From an uncultured Nitrospiraceae bacterium (GTDB lineage: Bacteria > Nitrospirota > Nitrospiria > Nitrospirales > Nitrospiraceae): 64,000 bases of DNA. Below, piece by piece: positions 8,713-17,314 of this stretch (positions within the stretch are counted from its first letter, which is position 1; each line of letters begins with the position of its first letter). The position numbers and the translations under genes are program-made. The DNA lies in NCBI GenBank assembly GCA_963730935.1, contig CAVSTP010000002.1, positions 672,001-736,000 on the forward strand, written 5' to 3'. Below the pieces are notes generated by a model, which was not told where the DNA came from, searched no databases, and saw only the letters and a program-made list of their open reading frames with translations.

Positions 8713-10104
8713 ATGGCCCCCACTGTGCAAACGCCGCTGCATGAAGTCATATCGCGACGCGTGCGGCAAAGATTCATGAACGTCTCAAACGCGGCAGTTC
8801 CTTTCCGACGAGCAGGGGTTTACGCTTCGGCCCGCTGTCTTGAGTGGGCTCTTGTCTGTGCGCTCCTGGTAGCCTGTTCGGCACCCAAAGAGCGAGAACC
8901 CCTTCCATCCCCATCGCCAGGACCGCTTGGATGGGAAGTGCCTCCTCTCTTCTCTGCAGCGGGGCTGCTCACACCGGACTGGCTCAAAGGGCCACACCAC
9001 TCAGTCCAAGACGAACTGGTGAACGATGGCGCCCAGCACCATTTTGTGGTGAGCTCTGACTTCGGGACATTTCCTGCCGTCGGTATGCCTATGCTTCGAA
9101 CTCGAGTCGTAGAAATCGAGGCCATTGCGGCGATGAAGGATGTACGCCAATCGGAGGTGTTCGTCGATGCCCTCAGCTTCCAACTTCTCCACCCACTGCG
9201 CGGGTTGAAGATGCTGCTCACAGAGCCTCGACGTGTCGGGACTAGTGTCGGGGGTGGACTCTTGGAGTTTCTTGCCATGCCCGGACAATTTAGCAAGTTT
9301 GAGGGGAGCGACCGGGAAGATTCCATGACGAAATCGGCAATCGGTTTTTCTTATCTGAAGCGAAAACTAGCCTTTCAATTCGGGGTAGATCCCTATTCAT
9401 CCAATCCCACCTTGCAGGACGAACTGAATGAATTGACCTGGATCGCCTTCACTGCTGACCTGGCCCCTCAGATCGGGTATATTTTTATGCCAGCCAGCGC
9501 CATTATGTGGATGACCTTTAGTGCGACGCGCTGGACGTCGTACCTCGATGAACAAGTCCGCGACTATTCAGCGAACGATCTACGGGCATTGAACCGGGAC
9601 AAATTCTTGAAGATGGGAATCAGTGAGGAGGAGATCCATCAGTTCTTCCTCAACGCGCTCTATTCACCGAGACACGAGACGATCATTACCACCGCGCTAG
9701 ACGAACTCACCGGTGTTGATGGCCGGGAGGCCTTTTTATCCGTAGCCGAGGAGGCAAACTCTGAGGAACTGGTCTTATTCTACCAGCACGTGGTGGAAAT
9801 GATGCGCGGCTATCATGTGCACATAGGCGCCGTTGATCGACTGCTGGTACTGCCGCGTGTACCGGCTCTCTATACCAAGAATAAGACGCTCGTCGTGATG
9901 CTGCCCGTCGATTATTTGTTTTGGACCTCGCGCGTCGCGTCGGTCGCTCAGGCCCTGACGACGCATGTGCCCAGTCGACCTCGTATTGCCCAGCGAGAAC
10001 TCTGGATCGCCGGTAATGTCTCGCCGCGCGCCAGGCAGGAACTTGAATCGCTTGGATGGACAGTGTACGAGCAAGTCTCGGCAAAGCTTAATCCAGGGTC
10101 GTGA
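8713..10104 (+). CDS. hypothetical lipoprotein (island cargo)
   Basis: 463 aa ORF with lipobox LLVAC; the true start may be ATG 8776; no family recognised. Confidence 0.75.
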   Translation: MAPTVQTPLHEVISRRVRQRFMNVSNAAVPFRRAGVYASARCLEWALVCALLVACSAPKEREPLPSPSPGPLGWEVPPLFSAAGLLTPDWLKGPHHSVQDELVNDGAQHHFVVSSDFGTFPAVGMPMLRTRVVEIEAIAAMKDVRQSEVFVDALSFQLLHPLRGLKMLLTEPRRVGTSVGGGLLEFLAMPGQFSKFEGSDREDSMTKSAIGFSYLKRKLAFQFGVDPYSSNPTLQDELNELTWIAFTADLAPQIGYIFMPASAIMWMTFSATRWTSYLDEQVRDYSANDLRALNRDKFLKMGISEEEIHQFFLNALYSPRHETIITTALDELTGVDGREAFLSVAEEANSEELVLFYQHVVEMMRGYHVHIGAVDRLLVLPRVPALYTKNKTLVVMLPVDYLFWTSRVASVAQALTTHVPSRPRIAQRELWIAGNVSPRARQELESLGWTVYEQVSAKLNPGS

Positions 10105-10208
10105 CGCTGTCCCATCTCCTTAACACCTATATGAGACCTGATGAAGTGTGAAGGAATCGGTACGACTGGGGCAACCTGAAGCTTCAAGGTTCAAACCGCT
10201 CAAAAAAA

Positions 10209-10265
10209 TGGTGGCGGCGAACCGAGTTATAAATTATTTTCGCCGACGATTCACGTCCCCCTGCG
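10209..10265. repeat. internal att-like junction, type-B arm copy 1
   Basis: TGGTGGCGGCGA matches the tmRNA end 11/12. It is followed by 10 nt and then a 35 bp block (10231-10265) identical to 13927-13961. Confidence 0.85.
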
Positions 10266-10590
10266 GCCTTCCAAGACCCTGAAGACATCTTAACCGAACT
10301 TTGGGTGGAATAGGCTGAAATGGGCCAGAGTGAGGTGGAGTTGAGCACAAGAGAGATCCAGCCACGGCGCTATCAGTCATTTCATGGTCCCGTTGATTAA
10401 GAGTCCGGACGAAGACCCATCTCAGGACACCCAGCAGAACCAATCAGCAGCAAAAGACGAGGAATCGTGATGGCACAGATCAGCATGGATCATGGTGTGT
10501 CAGGCTGTTTTGACACCAGCTTGCCACCATCGCTTGCCCCATCGCGCCGATCATTACCGCATCGTCATGTTGCAGTGTGTGTGCAATAAG

Positions 10591-10621
10591 AAAGGCACGG
10601 TCTCGACAAAACCGTGCCTTT
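10591..10621 (-). terminator. intrinsic terminator downstream of the TOBE gene
   Basis: 11 bp stem AAAGGCACGGT/ACCGTGCCTTT, about 35 bp after the stop codon. Confidence 0.7.
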
Positions 10622-10654
10622 CAAAATGCGAAGATCGACCAATTACGATGAACG

Positions 10655-11095
10655 TTATGCTTTCTGAAGCATTACTTCGCTCGCCTTGAAGAACGCTGTC
10701 ACTTGATCCCCTTGGGTAAGTTGGAGTTCGTCGATAGCTTGCCGTGTGATTGTCGACGTGAGTTTCAACTGTCCTGCGTCCACCGTGACGCTTCCCATGG
10801 CTGTTCCCTTCTGAATGTCTGTCACCCGTCCACTCACTCTGTTTCTTGCGCTTATCTTGATTGCGCCAGCGTCTCCTTTGACAAGCATAGCTTCCGTCGA
10901 TTTGACGAATGCCACGACGGGGTCGTTCTTCCTAAGCCCCAGTTCCTGTACGGCCTGATTTGTGATCGCGGAGGTGATTCGTTGTCCTTGGGCCTGCACG
11001 GTAACGACGCTCATTGCCGTACCAGCCTGGATTTCGGATACAGTCCCACTTATCTGATTCCTCGCACTGATTTGACTCATTGTGCTTGTCGCCAT
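10655..11095 (-). CDS. di-TOBE molybdate-binding protein (molbindin, Mop/ModG-like)
   Basis: Two ISARN...ITxxAxxELxL...KxxE repeats; GGGAGG RBS. Confidence 0.92.
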   Translation of the reverse strand: MATSTMSQISARNQISGTVSEIQAGTAMSVVTVQAQGQRITSAITNQAVQELGLRKNDPVVAFVKSTEAMLVKGDAGAIKISARNRVSGRVTDIQKGTAMGSVTVDAGQLKLTSTITRQAIDELQLTQGDQVTAFFKASEVMLQKA

Positions 11096-11559
11096 TCTGT
11101 CCTCCCATATGTTGAAATGTACTCACAACAACATACGTTATCCATGGTCCATCTGATACAGGGAATAAGCCCCATGACCCGCTGATTGGGTATCAGCGCG
11201 TGATTACATAAGCTGGCTTATGCCAAGGTTTTTTTAGTCCGGTGCGCCTTTGGCGCCTAGCATCAAGTACGCGAGGGAACTGCCCAACGCAACACGCGAT
11301 ACCACCACCCCCCGGCGCCAAAAAAATCGACGTGGCGAGTTCGCGATACAACTAACTGCGACGCGGCACCAAGTTTCGACGCTGTGGAGGGTTAGCACTA
11401 GGCGTTCCCCAGTGGTCCCGCGACGCGGTAACGAGCTAAACTCCCGTGAGTCAGCAGGACTGCTCCTGCGACGGGTTACCCATAATCTCGCGCTTGGCTG
11501 TGCTGGCCGCGGGGTTGACATCTGCATGCCATGTTGATACTCGACTGTTCGGTTGACTC

Positions 11560-12585
11560 ATGGATGAACGCATCCCAATCACGGCGGCGGCACCCTGGGC
11601 CGAGAGCAGGGTGAATGGCAGCGGCCCGATCAGCCATGCGGACGTGGCAGAGGAGATCTGGCAGGCGCTCAGCCGGAAAGCCGCCGGTGAGCGTGATGTG
11701 CCGCCCCTCGGGCTCGTCGTGCAGGGCGGCGGGATGCGGGGCGTCTATTCCATGGCCGTGTTAGCGGCCTTCGAAGAGATGGGCTGGACCCGTTGCTTCG
11801 ATCACGTCGCGGGGGCGTCCGCCGGAGCCATGAACGGCGCTCATTTCATCACCGGGCAGGCCCGCTATGGCGTCGAGACGTATATCGACTATCTGAGCAA
11901 CCGGAAGTTCATCGATTTCTTCCGCCTGAGGAAGCTCGTGGACATGGACTACATGATCGACGACCTCGTCCGCCACGTGCGACCTTTCAATCTGCCGGCC
12001 TTGCTGGAGGCGTCCACCGAGTTGCACATTGCCCTCGCCGACGCCGAAGACGCCTCCGTGCATTACGTGACGAACCGATCAGAGGATGTGGACCTGTGGG
12101 AAGCGTTTCGCGCCACGGGTGCGCTGCCGATCCTTTACAATCGGTTCGTCAAGGTTGGCGACCGGTTGTATCTGGACGGGAGCCTCAGCGACGGCCTCCC
12201 GCTGCCCCGCCTCCTGGCGCTCGGGTGCCGCTACATCGTGGTCGTCTTGACGAAACCGCTGTCGTTCCGGAGTCAGCGGGTGAGCCGGCCCGTTCGCACG
12301 CTGGCCTGGTGGGCGACGCGCCAGTACAGCCCGGCACTGAAGCGCGCCCTCTTTGACGTCAACCTGGACTTCAATCGTACCATGTCCGTACTGGCCGCGC
12401 CGGCACAAGCACGCCTCCACGAGGCAGTTAGAATTTTGGTCATTGCGCCACGCAGTAAGGAGCACCTCGTGCGGTGTGTCACGACGGACCCGCGACGGCT
12501 GAGACGGTGTGCGCGGCAAGGGCGAGCGGACGCGTGGCAAGCCTTCGGCCAGCGGCCCCCTGCCACGACGCATCCATTCCAATGA
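11560..12585 (+). CDS. patatin-like phospholipase
   Basis: Oxyanion GGGMRG, nucleophile GASAG, catalytic DG motif in YLDGSLSD. Confidence 0.9.
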   Translation: MDERIPITAAAPWAESRVNGSGPISHADVAEEIWQALSRKAAGERDVPPLGLVVQGGGMRGVYSMAVLAAFEEMGWTRCFDHVAGASAGAMNGAHFITGQARYGVETYIDYLSNRKFIDFFRLRKLVDMDYMIDDLVRHVRPFNLPALLEASTELHIALADAEDASVHYVTNRSEDVDLWEAFRATGALPILYNRFVKVGDRLYLDGSLSDGLPLPRLLALGCRYIVVVLTKPLSFRSQRVSRPVRTLAWWATRQYSPALKRALFDVNLDFNRTMSVLAAPAQARLHEAVRILVIAPRSKEHLVRCVTTDPRRLRRCARQGRADAWQAFGQRPPATTHPFQ

Positions 12586-12875
12586 GACCACGCGTCGTCC
12601 GGTCTCTTCTCCTTCTCTGAAGCAGTCTATATGGTCTTCGGACCTAAGACGGCCTTTCTCGAAAAAGGCTTGTGGTGTGCATTTAGGGAATCTCCCAGTC
12701 AAACCTTCCCACGCTTCGTCGTATAAGTTACGCCTCTTGAGAGGCGCACTGTAGTCTGATGGGTGCACCAACTCATAGTAAGGCTGGACTTCGCGCCCAC
12801 CGAAGTCGGGCCTTCTTATTTATCCGGACAGGCTGAACTCAAATAGAACCGACCTATCCTGTGCGCCTGTCCCCC

Positions 12876-12998
12876 CGCTACCGCTTCACGGCAACCGGGA
12901 CATTTGACCACCTATTGACCGGGGCGACCTTGGTCAACGATGGTGTTGGCGGCGAACCGATACCTAAATTATTTTGCGCATCGATTCGCGTTCCCTAA
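12876..12998 (+). pseudogene. C-terminal remnant of a probable large serine recombinase spanning the A/B att junction
   Basis: Startless frame RYRFTATGTFDHLLTGATLVNDGVGGEPIPKLFCASIRVP*. It contains type-A arm 12933-12944, core GA 12954-12955 and type-B arm 12966-12975. The family call is from recalled sequence pattern and position, not from a search. Confidence 0.55.
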
Positions 12999-13165
12999 CG
13001 ACCTTCTAAGGCCTCGAAAACAATCTAACCAGGACGCGATGGAGACGGTCAAGAACCGGACAGCTGCATTCACTTTAGAAGCAGCTGGGTATTGTCGGAT
13101 TGACGTTTTTTGCGAATCTCTTTATGAGAAAAGTCCAAAAAATGTCACAAAGGAGGATTACCGTC

Positions 13166-13882
13166 ATGACGATGGAATTACTTGAAGTGCGTCTGCGTAG
13201 CTTGGAGCGGCGAAACGCTCGGCTGAGGATTGCTGTTATGCTCGTCGCCGTGCTAGCCGTCGGAGCGACCCTCGTCAGTGTGTCAGAGAACCTCTGGGCC
13301 GATCTTCCTGCGCCGTTCTGGGCCGATGCTCCTCAGACGATGGTCCAAGATACCGTAAAGACAAAACGAATCGAAGTGGTCGATACGGATGGTAAGTTAC
13401 TGGCCGTTCTCGGCAAGTTGACCGATGGCCTCAACCGGACGAGCACCGGCCTTGCTCTCGTCTCCAATAACAAACAAGTAGTCCGATTGACGCTGGATAC
13501 GGACAGCGATGGCTCATTGAACCACGCGACATTGACGGTTTCAGATCCCAAAGATGCGGAACAGAAAGAGTTGTTCAGAGTGGGGGTGACCTCAGTCGGC
13601 GAGGGTATTGGATTATTCCCTGGACTGCTATTCGAGAATCGAGATTACTTCACAAGGATGGAGCCGGACGGTCTGAAAATAGCAGTGAAGACCGAGAAAG
13701 ATGAATATGCGGAGGCTATTTCGCTCCGGGCTAACGAGGACAGTTCGGCAACGCTCACTCTCGGCGGGCTTTTCAAGCCTTTCAAGGTCCGCGCAATCGC
13801 AGAAGCTGACAAGCCGAGGCTCGTGTTAGAGAAAGGCGAAGGGAAAAACCGAAAGATTAAGACCTACGGCTTAGCCCCATAG
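13166..13882 (+). CDS. hypothetical membrane-anchored protein (island cargo)
   Basis: AGGAGG RBS at 13151-13156, short coiled coil, one TM helix, then a beta-rich domain. Confidence 0.75.
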   Translation: MTMELLEVRLRSLERRNARLRIAVMLVAVLAVGATLVSVSENLWADLPAPFWADAPQTMVQDTVKTKRIEVVDTDGKLLAVLGKLTDGLNRTSTGLALVSNNKQVVRLTLDTDSDGSLNHATLTVSDPKDAEQKELFRVGVTSVGEGIGLFPGLLFENRDYFTRMEPDGLKIAVKTEKDEYAEAISLRANEDSSATLTLGGLFKPFKVRAIAEADKPRLVLEKGEGKNRKIKTYGLAP

Positions 13883-13914
13883 CATCGACGGGCTATAAAG
13901 ACGACGGATCCCAT

Positions 13915-13961
13915 GAACCGATACTGAAATTATTTTCGCCGACGATTCACGTCCCCCTGCG
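13915..13961. repeat. internal att-like junction, type-B arm copy 3
   Basis: GAACCGA-TACTG-AAATTATTTTCGCCGACGATTCACGTCCCCCTGCG. Similarity to the other copies starts exactly at GA 13915-13916. Confidence 0.85.
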
Positions 13962-13989
13962 TCCTAGTTCAAGGGGTGGCCGCCCGTTC

Positions 13990-14160
13990 CGGGGGATCCT
14001 GCGCGACTTGATGGGCAGGGAGATCGCCCTACACCCGATCGCCGACGCAGCCGAGCGCTACTTGACCGCCGAGGTGTCAGGGGACTACGCAGGGCTCTTT
14101 CGGCTCATCGCCGGGAAACAGAATGCCAAAAATAATTTTGGTGGAGGCGAGGGGAGTTGA
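13990..14160 (+). pseudogene. C-terminal remnant of a second probable serine recombinase reading into the tmRNA antisense strand
   Basis: RGILRDLMGREIALHPIADAAERYLTAEVSGDYAGLFRLIAGKQNAKNNFGGGEGS*. It contains arm AAAATAATTT at 14129-14138. The family call is pattern-based. Confidence 0.55.
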
Positions 14161-14484
14161 ACCCCTGTCCGAAGATCGTCAACACACCGCATCTACATGT
14201 GTAGCCGACAATTTAACTTCGCCGCCATCCACGCCCATCGGCAGGCTTAGAACGGCCGCTAGCCCAGAAAGTTCTCGTCCTCAGCCGCTGAGCACCGGCC
14301 TTGGACCAGCCCGCTGCATCGCGCCCTTCCACCCCCGCGGGCCTCAGATGGAAGAACGTCACAGCTGATTAAGCTGCGAGTGCCAGTTCTTGATTGGCAG
14401 TTGCATTTTCCCGGAGTTAACGAGTCCCCGAGAGCTCGACATGCCACGGTGGTATCAGTATCCCCGTCGAAACCGGTCGCCCCC
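14139..14484 (-). ncRNA. ssrA: tmRNA
   Basis: 5' GGGGGCGACCGGTTTCGAC; 3' T-arm GGGGTTCAACTCCCC followed by TCGCCTCCACCA; tag frame ANQELALAA* at 14398-14369. Confidence 0.97.
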
Positions 14485-14698
14485 TTTCCGTCAGATGTTG
14501 AAAAAGCTGAACGGCCAAGCTGCCGAGATGAGGCAGGCTATCTCATGCCGATCCAGCTATTCTCCTAGATGGTCATGATACCGCAGGGGCCCGGGGGATG
14601 CCAGCGTGAAGGGCCATCCGGGAAAGCGCCTTGGAGCGATGCGTTGGCGCACCTCGGCACGCACGGGCAGGTGAGACAAGCCGTGCTTCAACTTCCTG

Positions 14699-16390
14699 TT
14701 AGGCGCTCTTGAAGCGGGTGATCCGGGCGAACAGAATCGCGGCAAAGGGCAAGGCCAATCCCAGGAGCATCTCGGCGATCAATAGATCCCCGAGCTGACT
14801 ATAGTCGGCCGGGGTTTCGATGGCGCCAGATGTGGGATTCCTGACCTCGCGGGTGACGACATACACATCGTTGAGATATTTCGTGCCGAGCTGGCTCAAG
14901 GAAAGCGCAAGGTTCGTAAACGAGGCCATCACCGCAAAGAACGTGGCTTTGAGGTGTGCAGGCGCCGAGTTGGCGATCCACACGAGCATCGGAATCATCG
15001 AGATCTGGCCGAGCGGAGATTCCAATGCCGTATCGATCAAGGCGATAAAGCGGGCGTCGACCACTCCGCCGGTCAGGCGCGCCGTCCATTCGTGAAGCCC
15101 GTAGTACATGCTGACGACCGGCAGGGAGAGAATGGTTCCCACCAGCGTGAGGAATCCCACGACATACGCGATGGACCGTTCGGCCATGAAGCGCCGGAAC
15201 ACAAACATGCCGGCCAGGGTCAGCGTGCTGCCGATCAAAGACAGGACGGACAAGAACTGCTGGTCGAACTTCAGTTCGTCGATCATCCACCAGGTGGTGC
15301 CGGGCCCCGTTCCCGGAATCGCCCGGAAGATAAACACGACCACCGCCGTACCCACCAAGGTAAACCGCTTATCAGGCTCCAGTTCCTGCACGAGCCTTGC
15401 CATGAGGAAGAGCACGATCGCCATGGAGCCGGCAAAGACAATCTCTTCGCTGTAGGGAAAGCCGCCAAGTCCCACGATCAGGGTGAAGAGCCCGAAGGCC
15501 AGACTCCCACCCAGAATCCACCAATTCGGACGCGTCGGCTCGGCCGGCTCGTCTCGCACCTGCACCAATCGCCTGGCCTCTTCCGCCGTAAATCCTTCTC
15601 GTTTGAGCCGGGACAGATGTCGGCGCTTGATCCACCAGGCGAGTCCGACCCCGAGCACCGACACGAGGGGAACGATCAATGCCATCAGATAGATGTCCTG
15701 ATACAGCCGGACCACTTCCGTCTGCGGACGGCCTTCGACGCCGCTGAAGACAAACACATTGACCAGTGCCACGAGAATGCCCCCGGCGATGATGGCAACT
15801 CGTCCGAGCGTCTGCATCGTGGCGTGCATGAGTTTGCGCGTCGCGTCGTTGAACGGCTGGCCGCGGTCATCCACACGCGGGACCGCCTCAACGGTCATGG
15901 CGTCGGCGACGGCGTCTTGGATGACATACCCGATGGGTGCAAGAATGACACTCAGGACGAACCAAACCTCCGCCGGCATGACGGCCGTCATGGCTTCACG
16001 GTGGCCAATCAAGGCCGCCATGATGCCCAAGCTGATGGCGAGCAGCAGGGCACCGACCCCGATCAGCCAGCTCTTCCATCTCCACAGGAGATCCACGGTG
16101 TGACCGATGGGCATCTTGAGCGCCCAAGGAATCCCGGCCCAAAACCCGAGGGCGGCCAGGAACGACGCGGAGAGGCCAAGATAGTCCTTGACGAAGAAGG
16201 TGCCGACGATGCTCGTGAGACCGGAAATCCCGTAGGCCGCATAGACCATGAGCGGCGGCAAATACGAGAGCCGCATCTCCCGCCCGATGGAGAGGATGTT
16301 TCGATCAATCCAGCGCAGGATGGGATGCAACGTGCCGCCGGCAGGCGTCACATCGCCGACAGAATTACTCCCGATTTGAGAATCAGCCAT
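14699..16390 (-). CDS. BT1/folate-biopterin transporter family (MFS)
   Basis: IPWALKMPIG, IQDAVADAMTVE, APAHLKATFFAVMASFTN; 12 or more TM segments. Confidence 0.8.
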   Translation of the reverse strand: MADSQIGSNSVGDVTPAGGTLHPILRWIDRNILSIGREMRLSYLPPLMVYAAYGISGLTSIVGTFFVKDYLGLSASFLAALGFWAGIPWALKMPIGHTVDLLWRWKSWLIGVGALLLAISLGIMAALIGHREAMTAVMPAEVWFVLSVILAPIGYVIQDAVADAMTVEAVPRVDDRGQPFNDATRKLMHATMQTLGRVAIIAGGILVALVNVFVFSGVEGRPQTEVVRLYQDIYLMALIVPLVSVLGVGLAWWIKRRHLSRLKREGFTAEEARRLVQVRDEPAEPTRPNWWILGGSLAFGLFTLIVGLGGFPYSEEIVFAGSMAIVLFLMARLVQELEPDKRFTLVGTAVVVFIFRAIPGTGPGTTWWMIDELKFDQQFLSVLSLIGSTLTLAGMFVFRRFMAERSIAYVVGFLTLVGTILSLPVVSMYYGLHEWTARLTGGVVDARFIALIDTALESPLGQISMIPMLVWIANSAPAHLKATFFAVMASFTNLALSLSQLGTKYLNDVYVVTREVRNPTSGAIETPADYSQLGDLLIAEMLLGLALPFAAILFARITRFKSA

Positions 16391-16402
16391 TGCCTCCCTA
16401 TC

Positions 16403-17311
16403 TCACGACCGGCCATCAGAAAATGAGATGGTCGACCGACCGGCATGCGTGGACCGGCGCCTGACCAAATCCTGTAACGCCTCAGTCATCTCGGTAGGGG
16501 AGAGACGAATGCGGTCTCCATGCCCGGCGAGCACCCATTCAAAGCGGTAGTTCAGCAGCTTCTCAATGGACTGGACCATCGCCCGCGATCTCCAGACCAG
16601 CCGCCTCGGTGTTTCGAGCGATCGAGCCTCGGGATCCCACCAGAGGTGGTCGCCGGTGAACAGAAACCGACGATCGTAGAGCAGTGCAATGCTGCCCGCG
16701 GTGTGGCCCGGCACAGGGATGAGCTCGAATCCTGGAGCGAGGCCGACGGTCTCCAGCCCATCGATGATCCGTTCCGCATCCGGCATCGCTTCCGCATCTG
16801 CACGGTGGATGATGCGCGTGGCGCCGAATCGTGCGGCGTATCGGGCAGCATCGGCAACATCGTCTTCATGCGTCAAGAAGATGTACCTGAGCCCTCCCAT
16901 GCGCTCGAAGGCATCGGTCAGGTGTTTGATGTAACGCGGCGAGTCGACCAGCCAGTTTCCGTCAGGATGCTGGATGAAATAACTGTTCGCGCCGAACGAT
17001 TTCTCAGAATTAAAGCCGCAGTAAAACACACCTGCTTCAAGGAGCAGAGGGAAACTGGACATCGCCTGTTTCAAGCGGGTGTGGTCACTGCGCTCAGTGC
17101 CGATCGAACCCACGGGACAGGCGAGCAGCGCCTGGTAGGCCTGATGGAGACGCTCGTCACCCTCCGGCTGGGCTGTCACGGCGGAAAACTCGCCGACTTC
17201 CTGAAAGCTGCGGGACGCCAGCTGGCGGCAGGTGTCGCAATTGATGCAGGTCGCGTCGACAAAGAAGTTGCCCGGCACATTGCTGTCGAGACGTTTTTTG
17301 GAGTCCGCCAT
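16403..17311 (-). CDS. ferredoxin-fused metallo-beta-lactamase-fold hydrolase
   Basis: N-terminal CINCDTC...CPVGSI; MBL motifs THEDDVAD, PGHTAG, FTGDH, AGHG. Confidence 0.88.
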   Translation of the reverse strand: MADSKKRLDSNVPGNFFVDATCINCDTCRQLASRSFQEVGEFSAVTAQPEGDERLHQAYQALLACPVGSIGTERSDHTRLKQAMSSFPLLLEAGVFYCGFNSEKSFGANSYFIQHPDGNWLVDSPRYIKHLTDAFERMGGLRYIFLTHEDDVADAARYAARFGATRIIHRADAEAMPDAERIIDGLETVGLAPGFELIPVPGHTAGSIALLYDRRFLFTGDHLWWDPEARSLETPRRLVWRSRAMVQSIEKLLNYRFEWVLAGHGDRIRLSPTEMTEALQDLVRRRSTHAGRSTISFSDGRS

Positions 17312-17314
17312 ACG

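Larger units (their letters stand above)
8581..14153. mobile_element. decayed tandem genomic island array integrated at the ssrA 3' end; no intact integrase
   Basis: 15 bp direct repeat of the tmRNA 3' end at both borders, internal att-like junctions at 10219, 12954 and 13915, recombinase-like remnants, and heterogeneous cargo. Confidence 0.8.

Noticed and set aside
11271..11280. GCGAGGGAAC matching 8589-8598 as a further att junction
   Set aside because: It is only 10 bp, has no arm at the expected distance, and is compatible with chance.
11560..12585. CBASS or other named defence system
   Set aside because: No cyclase, NTPase or sensor gene is nearby.
10231..13961. 35 bp exact repeats as a CRISPR array
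   Set aside because: The copies are 1-3.7 kb apart with genes between them, there is no spacer periodicity and there are no cas genes.
8581..14153. Classical integron with attC sites
   Set aside because: There is no IntI and no RYYYAAC...GTTRRRY hairpin, cargo lies in both orientations, and the junctions are half-sites tied to the tmRNA end.
14521..14550. TGCCGA half-sites upstream of ssrA as a third activator target
   Set aside because: There is no complete palindrome and no -24/-12 element; the sequence is better explained by a local hairpin.
1784..16390. Pterin/molybdenum pathway formed by phhB, molbindin and the BT1 transporter
   Set aside because: The genes are in different transcription units and on different sides of the island borders.
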